Source: Tubulanus polymorphus (lineage: Eukaryota > Animalia > Nemertea). Taken from it: 64,000 nucleotides of DNA. A model generated the notes under the pieces. That model worked only from the letters and a program-made list of their open reading frames with translations. It did no database searches and was not told the DNA's origin. The first letter of the stretch is position 1. Every line of letters begins with the position of its first letter. Location: the NCBI RefSeq assembly GCF_964204645.1, contig NC_134036.1:10085859-10149858 (forward strand), in the 5' to 3' direction. This document shows, piece by piece, positions 11,863 through 22,930 of this stretch. The position numbers and the translations under genes are program-made.

Positions 11863-13173
11863 ATGTCGTTATTGGTACATAAGGATTCGCCACTGTGCGT
11901 CAAGTCCGAACTCGATTTGTTTACAGTTCCCGGAACACAGATAAATTTCAAAGAATGCCGATACGTTAGCTACGAACCCACTACGTCGATTAACGACATG
12001 GGGCCGATTGTATTCAGAGTGCCAAAAACTGAACAATATTTAGATTTAAACGTGACGTATCTAAAACTACAGTTCAAAATAGTTAACGCCGATGGAACTA
12101 ATGTAGGGCCCGAAAAGTCAGTCTCAATGATCAATGGCGCCTATAGTCTATTTAGCGATGTACAAATTACGCTTAACGACCGAGTGGTTACCCACGACGG
12201 GGGGTTATACCCGTTCAAATGTGAGCTGGAAAATATGGTTAATTACAACTCGGAAACTAAAAACAACAGCTGGCTACAATGCGATCTTTATGTCGAAGAC
12301 GAAGCTGGAAAAAAGTCAAATATCGATCCTACTTTACCAAACGCAAATTCCGGTTTGGTCAGAAGGAATAACTACACTAAAGGCAGTAAACTGGTTTGCG
12401 CTTATTCTCGGTTGTATAGCGATGTACTGAGAATGAATAAGATTTTCATCAACAATACAGATTTACAAATAAAACTAACTCGATCAAAGGAAAGTTTTGC
12501 TCTAGTTTCCCCTGTCGAAAACCCAGATTTCCGTATAAAGATTGAAAGCGCTCAACTATACATTCGTAAACTAGAACTGGATAGTTCTGTTTTAGTAGCG
12601 CATGCTAAAGCACTGGAAAAGAATGCAGCAAAATATTATTTTTCGAGAACTGAATTATTATCGTTAAATATTCCAAGAGGTCATAGAACAATTATCAAGG
12701 ATTCCGTTTTCGTCGGTGAGATACCAAAGGCTATTGTTTTAGCTTTAGTGGACGACGACGCGTTGAGCGGCAATTACAAGAAGAATCCGTTCGATTTCAA
12801 GGATTATTCATTGAATTATATAGGGGTTACCGTTGATAATGTCCATGCACAAAACTCGCCGTTAATTATAGACTCCCAGGGCGACGGCTGCGAGGTGTAT
12901 CACGGTTTATATTTAGCCCGGGGCTTATTGTATAAAAACGAAGGAATTGGGATAAAACGTGAGGATTTCAAAAAAGGCAATTTTATTTGTGGGTTTAACA
13001 TGTCGCCCGAGTACGGGGATCAGCCGCACCTGTCACTAATTAAAAAGGGCTCGCTTAAAATCGAAATGCGATTTGATGAAGCTTTACCGCATAACGTGAA
13101 TTTGATTGTTTACGCCGTTTTCGACGAATTACTACAAGTAACCAAAGAACGTCATATAGAAATCGATTATTAG
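11863..13173 (+). CDS. Double jelly-roll major capsid protein
   Basis: KSELDLFTVPGTQ, YLDLN.TYLKL and GNYKKNPFDF motifs of Maverick MCPs; 436 aa, intact. Confidence 0.93.
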   Translation: MSLLVHKDSPLCVKSELDLFTVPGTQINFKECRYVSYEPTTSINDMGPIVFRVPKTEQYLDLNVTYLKLQFKIVNADGTNVGPEKSVSMINGAYSLFSDVQITLNDRVVTHDGGLYPFKCELENMVNYNSETKNNSWLQCDLYVEDEAGKKSNIDPTLPNANSGLVRRNNYTKGSKLVCAYSRLYSDVLRMNKIFINNTDLQIKLTRSKESFALVSPVENPDFRIKIESAQLYIRKLELDSSVLVAHAKALEKNAAKYYFSRTELLSLNIPRGHRTIIKDSVFVGEIPKAIVLALVDDDALSGNYKKNPFDFKDYSLNYIGVTVDNVHAQNSPLIIDSQGDGCEVYHGLYLARGLLYKNEGIGIKREDFKKGNFICGFNMSPEYGDQPHLSLIKKGSLKIEMRFDEALPHNVNLIVYAVFDELLQVTKERHIEIDY

Positions 13174-13178
13174 CGATC

Positions 13179-13643
13179 ATGTTATACACCAACAAAATTT
13201 TAGAATTTATGAAAAAAGACGAATGTCTAAATACGTCTTTCTTTGGTGTTTTTCCATGCGATCGACTACCGGATATAACGAGCTATCCGGCTGGTTTTAT
13301 AGTAAACACTGATAATCACGACGAACCTGGCGAACATTGGCTAACTATATATATAAACGAATACGGCATCGGTTATTTTTTTGATTCCTTCGGGCAACAA
13401 CCCGGAACTTATGATAAAATGTTAGAAAAATACTTGGATGAAAATTGTATAGAATGGAAATATAATAATAAGATGTATCAAAACGTATTATCCGATGTAT
13501 GCGGTTATTACGCTATATTTGTACTATTACACCTATGTCACGGTAACGATGTACGCGATATTACTAAACTATTGTCAAACAAAACTAATGATAATGATTA
13601 TTTTGTAAAAAAATTTATCGTGAAATATTTTAAGCTTCTATAA
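13179..13643 (+). CDS. Adenain-like cysteine protease (capsid maturation)
   Basis: NTDNHDEPGEHW, FFDSFG and YQ...SDVCGYY catalytic His/Asp/Gln/Cys motifs. Confidence 0.95.
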   Translation: MLYTNKILEFMKKDECLNTSFFGVFPCDRLPDITSYPAGFIVNTDNHDEPGEHWLTIYINEYGIGYFFDSFGQQPGTYDKMLEKYLDENCIEWKYNNKMYQNVLSDVCGYYAIFVLLHLCHGNDVRDITKLLSNKTNDNDYFVKKFIVKYFKLL

Positions 13644-13650
13644 TAAACTA

Positions 13651-14212
13651 TTATGTATATGAATTTAGTCGTTTTTTAAATTCCACGAACCCACCAGAAG
13701 AGTTTTGTTTAAAACTCTTCAATATAAAAAAACACTGAAGCATAAAGCGAAGCGAGGCGTTTAAACACTGGCTCTTTCTTGGAAATTGAAGTAGTTCTGA
13801 AAAGAACTGTTTAAAGGGGGGTTTCACGTGGGCTTCGTCGTCGTCGTCGTCGTCGTCGTCATAATCATTGACGCTGCTGCTGCTTCGTCTTCTATTAGCT
13901 TTCGCTATTCGTTCACGGACGAGGCGACTATGGCGACGCATTACTCGGGCCCAATATATCGTGTTCCGACAGAACGGACACGATATAACATTTTCCGCAT
14001 TTGGGAGGCTGTTGTCTATGCCAGTACAAATCAACCTTGCTGTGCAATTATTGCACAGCGGATACTACGGATACTAGCGGATTGACGCTACGGTACTGGC
14101 ATAGACCGCACAGCATCCAGGCCCGCTGTCCTGAACACAGACAAATGTCACACACTAATACCGCTTCTGCATCGTCCGGGATCACCGTCCAACGAGCACC
14201 GTTGTTAGTCAT
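13651..14212 (-). pseudogene. RING/zinc-finger protein disrupted by a 19-nt insertion at ~14064-14082
   Basis: Removing 19 nt joins ATG 14212 (CDIC...CGLC) in frame with LCNNC...CPFC and the Ser/Asp-rich tail of ORF 13651-14034. Confidence 0.65.
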
Positions 14213-14363
14213 TTTCGTAATGGATTTTAGAGATCTTCTGACGAGTATTTTATACGCAGTAGCTACTTTGCGTGGCAGATGTTTTGCAATGGATGAATCA
14301 AGGGTCTTTAATTACCTAATTGTCTATTCGGTTTGGTTTCTAAACCATTCCGTCACATATCGA

Positions 14364-14552
14364 GGGTACTGACTAGATATTTTAGACGGCAGATGCTAAC
14401 AAACTGGTCAATGATTTTTGTTTCTCAATTACTTAATTGCGTAATTTTCATCCCGCATATTCCGGCACATATGGGGGTACTGACCAGCTATTTTAGATGG
14501 CAGATGCTAACAACGGGTCAATGGTATTTGTTTCTCGATTACTTAATTACGT
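14364..14552. repeat. Two-copy ~110 bp tandem duplication
   Basis: GGGTACTGAC.AG.TATTTTAGA.GGCAGATGCTAACAA...GTTTCTC.ATTACTTAATT occurs at ~14364 and ~14475. Confidence 0.75.
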
Positions 14553-14723
14553 TCTTTGATGATATATTGTATAGAAGGGGCCTAGGCAACGACGAAATGC
14601 TTGATTATTATAGAGCAAATAAAATGAGACAGATATGAAATATTATATCCAATGCAAGTTTATTATGTATTAAACATTTGAATAAGCTTTTATATAAATA
14701 ATATCTAATTATTATCTGTGAAA

Positions 14724-15530
14724 TTATACTTGGGTTATCATTATACCGTATTCAGGTGCTTTTCTAACCCCGCTTGTGTCTTTTGCGCAGTACGGGCACC
14801 TGTATTCCTGATTCGAGTGACTCGAATCGTACCAGCACGGTCTCATATTAGCCATTTCGGATATATCTTCTGTAAAATAAATGTCTTTCAATTTTTTCCA
14901 TTGTTCCAATGTTAGTTTTACGCCGCATCTAGTCGGATTTACATCGGACAGCTCATCGTGTAGATCGTATTTTCGGATATCTACGTAAATACGGTGATCG
15001 TGACTAGATCTATATATTTTGATAAAGTTTGAACGACCAACGGTCATCACGCCTACGTAATCGATATCTTCTTTAACGCGCGCAATTTCGTGTTCGATAT
15101 CGGCTTTACAATAATCTATATGTACCCACTCTTGGAGATCCAAAGCAATACCGTTTTTAGTGGGGTACAGTTGTTTTCTACGTTCACAGCATTCGAAAGA
15201 TCGTAAATCTATACGTTTTAACCCCTGCCACGTTTTCGCACTCGCGTACACAAGCGATCCTAGATAATGAGGCTCGGGGTCATTGTTCCAGGTATTCCGT
15301 TGAACTTTCGACGGAACAGCGTTGTCATTTACGATTGAACCTATAAAACAATAAAAAATATTCTATATAGGTATGCGTCTAAAAAATAATTACCGGTTTC
15401 GAATACGGAGAAGAAGTAGAAACTTACTAAAGTCGAGTTTGTGCGAAGGACGTTTTCTTTTTCTAGATTGAGTAGATGACTTTGGTGTACTACATATTTC
15501 TAAGGTAGTTTGTCCACTAGTCGAATCCAT
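14724..15530 (-). CDS. Tandem PC4-like ssDNA-binding/coactivator protein, 2 exons (15530-15428, 15340-14724)
   Basis: RIDLR..F...PTKNGIALDLQEW and VDIRKY...PTRCGVKLTLEQW repeats. An 87-nt GTAAGT...TAG phase-1 intron joins an ATG exon carrying an NLS-like RKRKRP. Confidence 0.8.
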
Positions 15531-15759
15531 CTGGGTGATACAGGTCGATGTTGACGGGTCAAAGTCTCTGAGCAGATTGATTAATTTATGGATTTACAAC
15601 GCGTTTTTATTGTCAGGAAATGACTTGCCCGAACACGATTTACGGTTTCACATGTTATTGCGAAATATTTTTCGCCCAAACTCGTTCATGATTTCGCAAT
15701 AGCCGTTAAAAGACGCCATCTTGGAATTATCTCCCACTTTCCCATCCTCCCCCTCCACA

Positions 15760-15760
<1 letters not shown>

Positions 15761-15828
<68 letters not shown>
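15761..15828. repeat. (CA)n microsatellite
   Basis: Uninterrupted CA dinucleotide run. Confidence 0.99.
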
Positions 15829-15831
<3 letters not shown>

Positions 15832-15954
15832 GCTCGCGCTTGCGCGCGCACGTGCACAAGAATACGTAATATTGAGCCCGGTTTTAACCGATAGCTCACT
15901 CACTCGCTTACACTCGCTCGCTAACGCACGCATAAACAAAACGTGATTTACAAA

Positions 15955-16506
15955 ATGTCTGGCAAATTTTTCACCGTTGATAATATTTTCCGCAAAGGAT
16001 CAGTTACCAGGGAACATATCGACTTTGAAGATATCGACTGGTCTACCGGATTTGCAATTTGCAAATATTGTAATACGTCAATTACATACGGTAGTTTTCA
16101 AGTAACGACCTGCTGTAGGAAACCGATTTGCGAAGATTGTTGGTTGGTAAACACTCGGTGGTTAAGCGTTCAGCATAATTTTAAATGCCCTATCGAGGAT
16201 TGCGTGGCACATTTTAGGATTATAAGACACATCGCGAAAAAAGACTGCTATCGATGTCGCGGACAGGAGGATTTGTTTCATTGTTGCGGTAAAACTATAT
16301 GTCGGACATGTTTAAACGACCTCAAAGCGTATGAAGGGTATAAAGAAAACTTTTGTTTTAACTGCGTAACTTTATTTTGTGGCGTAAACACGTGTTTAGT
16401 ATGTTTGGAGATAACTAAACAAAAGACGGACTGTTGCGGTACTTATGTTCACGCTTCGTGTGCGAAGGAATTCGGAGTTAAATCGTGTTTAAACTGTAAA
16501 TTTTAA
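15955..16506 (+). CDS. Cysteine-rich multi-RING-like protein
   Basis: Repeated CxxC...CC.K.IC..C units (three imperfect RING-like repeats). Confidence 0.7.
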   Translation: MSGKFFTVDNIFRKGSVTREHIDFEDIDWSTGFAICKYCNTSITYGSFQVTTCCRKPICEDCWLVNTRWLSVQHNFKCPIEDCVAHFRIIRHIAKKDCYRCRGQEDLFHCCGKTICRTCLNDLKAYEGYKENFCFNCVTLFCGVNTCLVCLEITKQKTDCCGTYVHASCAKEFGVKSCLNCKF

Positions 16507-16533
16507 CGGTCAATAAATGTTTTTTATTTGTTT

Positions 16534-16991
16534 TACATTTGTTTGTTTTTTGTGGTTTCTTTGTATCACTCGAAATTGGTAATGCTGGAAAAGAAAGCGC
16601 CATCTAGGATTTACTCCTCCCCCTCCTCACACACACACACGCATAGGATCTCGTAATAGTGGCGCCATCTAGGGAATTAATCACATCAATAAATTGATTT
16701 GGAATTTACATAGTCAATGATTTGAATTTTTCCGCCAAAAAGAAAATTTGTAAAGGAAAAAAAGAAAAAAAAAATCTTAAGGAAAATATCTTAAGAAAAA
16801 TATCTTGAGGAAAATAAAAATCTTAAGAAAAATATCTTGAGGAAAAAATCTTGAGAAAAAAATCTTAAGAAAAATATCTTAAGAAAAAAATCTTAAGAAA
16901 AGAATCTTAAGAAACTCCTCCCCCTCCCCCTCCTCACTCCTCCCCCTCCCCCCTCCTCATTGAGGTCCTGAAGTGACATTTCCTAACTACT
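16534..16991 (-). repeat. Right terminal inverted repeat of Maverick A
   Basis: Reverse complement of 485-896 with extra copies of the internal AAAAAATCTTAAG unit; ends in ACTACT. Confidence 0.95.
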
Positions 16992-18560
16992 GAGGTTCTG
17001 AGTTCTGTTTTGATTTCAAAAATCTATTAATACATTGATCGATGACATGAATAGGAAACGCATTAGATTTAAACAGATTTTTCAAGAAATTGATTTCTTC
17101 TGAAAAGATGGTCCAATCACTGCAAATATTGTAGGCACGAAAAAGCATGGTATTGATGAGTCCTATTTTCCATTTATACGGACACATGGCGTTGAAGTTC
17201 AACAGTAGGCCTGTGTTGGAAGCTTTCCTGTACACTCGAGATATAAAGTCACTACCGGTTTCTAACGGAATTTGTATTTCGGTATCGAGAAAAGGTAATA
17301 GATTAGGACCTAGTTCAAAAGTGAATTTAAGGTTAGAATGGAGGCGATTCAATTCTTCAAAAAATAGTCTATAACTGGATACATTTCGAAATATGCCGAA
17401 AATATCGTCCACGGATCTCAGGTATAATGTCGGTTTGTAATTAGTTTTGGAGAGGAGCAAGTTTTCAAAATGGGCAAGACAAAAGTTCGCTAAGGTTGGG
17501 CCTAAGGGGCTGCCCATGGTGACCCCATCAACTTGCTTAAAAATACGATCATTGTACATAAACAAACCCGAAGTTGCGATTTTAAGTAATTCTTTGAATG
17601 TAGCCTGATCATATGTAGGTTTAGAGTCGGAAGCATATATATAATCGGAAACTATATCAATGGTTTCTTTCAATGGAACATTAGTGAAAAGTGACTCTAC
17701 ATCAAAACTTATTAGAATATCAGAAGGTTTAAAAACGAATTGTTTCAGTTTTTTAAGGAACTCCCAAGTGCTATTTAACATGAATTTAGACGGTATATGT
17801 GGTTTAATGATTTTATCGAGATATTTGGCCAGGTTATATTCAGCAGTGTCGATCATTGATACAACGGGTCGAAATGGAAAGTTATCTTTATGCACTTTGC
17901 ACAAACCATATAATTTACCAGGTTGGCTACCGCTTGGGTAGATAGAATCAAATATTTCTGAACTTACATAGTGTTTCACATGTTTTCTCAGAAATCCGCA
18001 GATTTTGGTTTCATTAGATATGACAGGGTGATTCTTTCTCACATTTTTGATTTCAGTAAATTTACTTTTATCAAATACAATTTTATCTAATTTATCGAAA
18101 TATTCCTTAGAGTCCAAAATAACAATGCCGTTGCCTTTGTCAAATGAGCAGATCTTAATGTCCTTGTTTTTTCGAAGTTTTTCAATCGTACGGTAGAAAC
18201 GTCGGTTCCAGGTCGAGCCACATACTGATTTAGCGCTGTTGATAAATGAGATGGTCGCATGTCTAATACTTTCAAGGAAAGAGTTATTCACATTCGGTTC
18301 GCCGCCAGATATAGTCCTATTTTTGTGGTAAACAGTTTTTTCAATACGTGATTTAAGGTCGATTTCGTTGATATTTTTCGGAAGAATGTGATGCTTTAAG
18401 CCGTAACGTAGTATCTCAGTTTCTTCTAGGGATAGTTGATAATTTGATCTATTGATTAAGCAATCCGGTGCTGGGTGACGCTGATCTTTCCACAAGTTTA
18501 AAAGCTTGCGTTCATGACGTTGCTGTGTTTCCGAAGTTAGTTTCCTGCCTTTCTGGTTAA
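16992..18560 (-). pseudogene. Penelope-type reverse transcriptase, 5'-truncated
   Basis: DKGNGIV, LYGLCKVHK, RPVVS, SFDVESLFT, GVTMGSPLGP and LPFLD motifs; the YVDD motif reads SVDD. Confidence 0.93.
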
Positions 18561-18582
18561 GTCTAGTGAGCCACTAGTTTAG

Positions 18583-18753
18583 TTTAGCACTTGTAATTTT
18601 GTAACTTATGTTGTATATAAACCTGTAGTTTAATCATTTGATTCACTTGTATTTCACCTGATGAGGGGATATGATCCCGAAAACGTTCGTGTTAATGAAC
18701 TGTATTTACTCATTAGAAAATGAGGTTTTTAATGTTATCGCTTCTATGGTTAT
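18583..18753 (+). repeat. Inverted pseudo-LTR of PLE-1
   Basis: 18583-18738 is the reverse complement of 1-156; it abuts element B pPolB sequence at ~18754. Confidence 0.9.
18655..18691 (+). ncRNA. Hammerhead ribozyme, second copy
   Basis: CACCTGATGAGGGGATATGATCCCGAAAACGTTCGTG, identical to the minus-strand copy at 48-84. Confidence 0.8.
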
Positions 18754-21297
18754 TAGAAAAGAAATATATTATAAAAGAAAGAAATTAAATTCTAATGAAA
18801 ATGATTTTTCAGATGAACCACCAAAAACAAATACTATTAAAAAGATTCATCAATCAGCCGCAGCTTTCGGGTTATATATTAAATCTGATTATCCAGAACT
18901 AATTGAAAGTGAATATTATAATTATAGAAATGAAAATGTTATCAATCATTTTTGTGACTTATTAATTGAATATGAAATAAGATTTAGTAAATTATTGAAC
19001 ACAAATAAAGAAATAATTATGACAGAAGAAGATAAAGAAGAATTTGTGTTTTCAGGTAAATGTTATTATTGTGAAAAGATATTTAATTATAAAGATAAAA
19101 AAGTAAGAGACCATGATCATTTGAATGGAAAGTTTAGAGGCGCAGCGCATGAGAATTGTAATTTACAAGCCAAAAAAGTAAATTTTGTTCCAGTTATATT
19201 TCACAATTTATCGGGGTATGACGCACATTTATTCATCAAACAGTTATGCCATAAAATAGAAGAAATTAATAATGAAATAGAAAGATTAAATTCAAATTGG
19301 TCAAAACATAAAATACCAACTTATAAATTTAGAATGTTAGCTAAAACATCTGAGAATTATATATCTTTCCAATTTGGGTGTCTAAGATTTATAGATTCAT
19401 ATAGATTTTTAAATAGTTCATTAGATAACTTATCAAAATCATTAGTTGATGATGAATTAAAGATATTAAAAGAATATTAGAATAATGATGATTTTCAATT
19501 AATGAGATATAAAGGAGCAATTCCATATTCTTTCTATAAAAATCATAATGATTTTAAAATAACTGAATTATTGAAAGAACAATTCTATGATGAATTAAAA
19601 AACGAATATGTTAAAGATGAAGTATATAATAGAACATTGAATATTTGGAATCATTTCAAAATAGAAAATCATGGGCAATTAATAGATTTATATTTAAAAT
19701 CAGATGTATTATTATTAACCGATATATTCGAAAGGTTTAGAGATGTAAACCTAAAATATTTCAATATTGATCCATGTCATTGTTATTCATCACCAGGTTT
19801 AACATGGGATTGTGGATTAAAATTTACAGATATAAAAATGGATTTGTTAACAAATATAGATCAATTATTATTATTTGAAAAATCTATAAGAGGAGGTGTT
19901 TCAGGTGTATTAGGTGATAGATATTTCAATGTAAATGATAACCCTGGATATAAGTTAATATAGATGCAAATAATTTGTATGGTTGGGCAATGATGGAACC
20001 ACAACCTTATGGAGTATTTGAATTAACTGAAGTTTTACAGAATGAAAATAATGATAAATTTGATTGGAAGAAAAGAATCCTAGATATTGCAGATGATTCA
20101 GATACTGGTTACTTCTTTGTTGTAGATTTAGTATATCCTGAACATATTAAATTTAAATCTAGAAATCTAGCTTACTGCCCCGAACATAAAACTGTAACTC
20201 ATGAAGAATTATCAAGTTATCAAAAAAGAATTAAACCTGAAAATCATATTCATACAGAAAAGTTAATGGTAACTCAAGAAGAGAAATATAATTATGTAGT
20301 ACATTATAGAATGTTGAAGTTTTATCTAAATCAAGGAATGGTTCTAAAAAAAGTACATAGATATATTTCATTCAATCAATCTAAGTGGTTAGAAAAATAT
20401 ATAGATTTTAACACCAAACAGAGAACTAAAGCTAAAACTGATTTCGAAAAAGATTTCTTCAAGTTAATGAATAATGCATTCTATGGTAAGACATGTGAAA
20501 ATATTAGAAATAGAAATGATATTGAGTAAGTTAGTAATGGTAAAAGAATTAGACATTTACAATCATATCCTAAGTTTTTAGGTAACAGAATATTTGATGA
20601 AAATTTAGCCGCAGTTAAGATGAGAAGAACTTCTATGAAATTTAATAAACCAATCTATGTTGGCGCTTCAGTTTTAGAATTATCAAAATTACTAATGTAT
20701 GAATTCTATTATAATGTATTACAACCACTTTTTGGAGAAAAACATATAGAAATATTATATTTTGATACAGATTCTTACATATTAAAGATAAAAACTGATA
20801 ACATAACTGATGATTTAAAAACATTAAAACATCATTTTGATTTTAGTAATTATCCTAAAGCTCATGAATTGTTTAGCAATGATAATAAAAACGTTCCCGG
20901 TAAATTCAAAGATGAATTAGGTGGCGAAGAAATGATAGAGTTCATAGGTATTAGATCTAAAATGTATTCATATAAAACTAAAGAACATGAAGCTAAAAAG
21001 TTAAAAGGAATAACCAAAAATGTAGTAGAAAAGAATATTCATTTCAAAGATTACATCAATTGTATATTCAATGAAGAAGTTAGAAAACATAAGATGAGAT
21101 GTTTAAGAAGTGAAGATCATGAAATGTTTATTGAAGAAATTGAAAAGGTTAGTCTAAACCCATTTGATGATAAAAGATATATTTTCGATGATGGAATTCA
21201 TACCGTTGCTTATGGTTGTAATTTAGATGAATACTTAAAATTTAAAAGAGAAGAAACAAAAGAGAACGAGATACTGAAAAGAATTCTAACGTGTTAA
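18754..21297 (+). pseudogene. polB: pPolB (C-terminal two-thirds) with stops and frameshifts
   Basis: ORFs 18671, 19502, 19975 and 20620 are colinear with the intact 1342-aa pPolB at 48862-52890. Confidence 0.95.
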
Positions 21298-21326
21298 TCA
21301 AATTTTAATAAAAATATGTTATTAAA

Positions 21327-21680
21327 ATGGAGAGTAAACAAGCACACAGTGAGAACAACAAATTATTTCTAGATAGAATTAAAGATACTACAAATGTAAA
21401 ATCTGTAGATTATAAATTCAAAAAGTTAACAGAATTAATAATCCATAAGAAATATCTAATTACAAATATTGTTACAGTTACTAATAACTATGGAGATAAA
21501 TTAGTTATACACTTAGAATATGAAGGATTAAAAGGAAATACATATAAATTCAGAACATATTTACCTGATAGATTTCATAGATTATCAAGTGAAGATTTAG
21601 AAGAATTATGTTCTGGAGATTTCTATTTCGTATACAAAGGTAAAAATGAAAAAGGGCACCATGAAATAGATTTCGAATGA
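21327..21680 (+). CDS. Small conserved protein (117 aa), homolog of 52919-53260
   Basis: Near-identical to the element C copy. Confidence 0.8.
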   Translation: MESKQAHSENNKLFLDRIKDTTNVKSVDYKFKKLTELIIHKKYLITNIVTVTNNYGDKLVIHLEYEGLKGNTYKFRTYLPDRFHRLSSEDLEELCSGDFYFVYKGKNEKGHHEIDFE

Positions 21681-21697
21681 GAAAATATGTAAAATAA

Positions 21698-22453
21698 ATG
21701 GCGGAATTAAAAGAATACAGAATATTTGTTGATTCTAGAAGGCTTACAAATTATAAATCACATAATTTACTAGTACAATTAGATAGAGAATTCAAGAATT
21801 GTGTAGATTTAAAATTAGTTAATATAAGTTTATGTAATTCTTTTTACAATGTATCGGATAAAACTTTTGAACACAGAGGGTTTATGATTTATATGAGAAA
21901 TAAAGATAAATGGTTTCATATATTTTTAAAACCAGGATTATATAATTTAAAATCATTAGCGCAGGAAATTAATAGAACCGCTCGGTTGAAAATCGGGGGC
22001 ACTTCTGTATTTGAAATCAAATTTAATAAAATTGATAGTACTAATAAAATTAGAATAAAGATATCTAATGAACAACATAAATTTATGGTAAACAAACCAC
22101 TAGCTAAAATGTTAGGAATTAAACCGCTTACAGTTACTGGAAACGCAGAAGGCAGCTCAAATATAATACCTTTTACACACTTTTATATTTATTGCAATTT
22201 AATCGATCCTACAAAAACATTCGAAGCAACTAAAGAAACAATTTGTAGTTCTAGTATACTAAATATTTTACCGCTAAAAAATGTTAAACAATTTGGAACT
22301 CAAATAAATTATAATTTAACAGAATGTGATTTTAAACCTTGCATTCCTAAATTTAATAATTTTAAATTAGAAATAAGAAATCATAATGGATACTTAATTG
22401 ATTTAAATAATTTCCCTGTAATTTATTAATTAGTTATAAGATGTAGAGAGTAA
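21698..22453 (+). CDS. Probable minor capsid (penton) protein, premature stop 8 codons from the end
   Basis: IFVDSR...LDREFKN...L.NISLCNSFYN and IYCNLI...LIDLNNFP penton-like motifs; TAA at 22427 where element C has GAA. Confidence 0.75.
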
Positions 22454-22455
22454 TC

Positions 22456-22918
22456 TTTTTCAACTAATATATGAACAAGTTTTAAAATAATAAAGGTTAT
22501 TTATTATTACTGAGGTTTCAATATAAATTTAAAAAAGAAATATAATTTAAAACATTTTCAAATGATATATATTAAATACGTATTAGATACGTATTAGATA
22601 CGTATTAGATATGTATTAGATACCTTAATACTTAAAACCCTTTTTTAAAAAAATTATTATTCATATAATTTTCAACCAATTTATTTTTATTTTTTTCAAC
22701 TAATATATGAATAAGTTTTAAAATGATAAAGGTTATTTATTATTACTGAGGTTTCAATATAAATTTAAAAAAGAAATATAATTTAAAACATTTTCAAATA
22801 ATACGTATTAGATACGTATTAGATACGTATTAGATACGTATTAGATATGTATTAAATACCTTAATACTTAAAACCCCCTTTTTTATTTACTATTATTTTA
22901 TACAATTTTCAACTAATA
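22456..22918. repeat. ~236-bp tandem repeat (2 copies) with internal ATACGTATTAG 11-mers; partial inverted third copy at 29368-29465
   Basis: TTTTTCAACTAATATATGAA...CTGAGGTTTCAA...(ATACGTATTAG)n...CTTAAAACCC occurs twice; the reverse complement of its distal part lies at 29368-29465. Confidence 0.9.
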
Positions 22919-22930
22919 TTATTATTTGAG

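Larger units (their letters stand above)
485..16991. mobile_element. Maverick/Polinton element A (complete, ~16.5 kb, several inactivating lesions)
   Basis: Starts AGTAGTTAGG and ends CCTAACTACT, with long TIRs. Contains pPolB, ATPase, rve integrase, penton, major capsid protein and cysteine protease. Confidence 0.97.
1..18753 (-). mobile_element. Penelope-like retroelement (PLE-1), 5'-truncated, split by Maverick A
   Basis: RT ORF at 16992-18560 and GIY-YIG ORF at 198-484, both on the minus strand. Positions 1-156 are the reverse complement of 18583-18738 (inverted pseudo-LTR), with a hammerhead motif in both copies. The 3' end runs off the window's left edge. Confidence 0.9.

Noticed and set aside
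15648-15939. ORFs with poly-CV
   Set aside because: They are translations of the (CA)n microsatellite.
18671-18753. ATG start of the 269-aa ORF as a real gene
   Set aside because: The first ~28 codons come from the PLE pseudo-LTR fused by chance in frame to the broken pPolB.
22570-22860. CRISPR-like array
   Set aside because: Contiguous 11-mers with no unique spacers, no cas genes, and a eukaryotic context.
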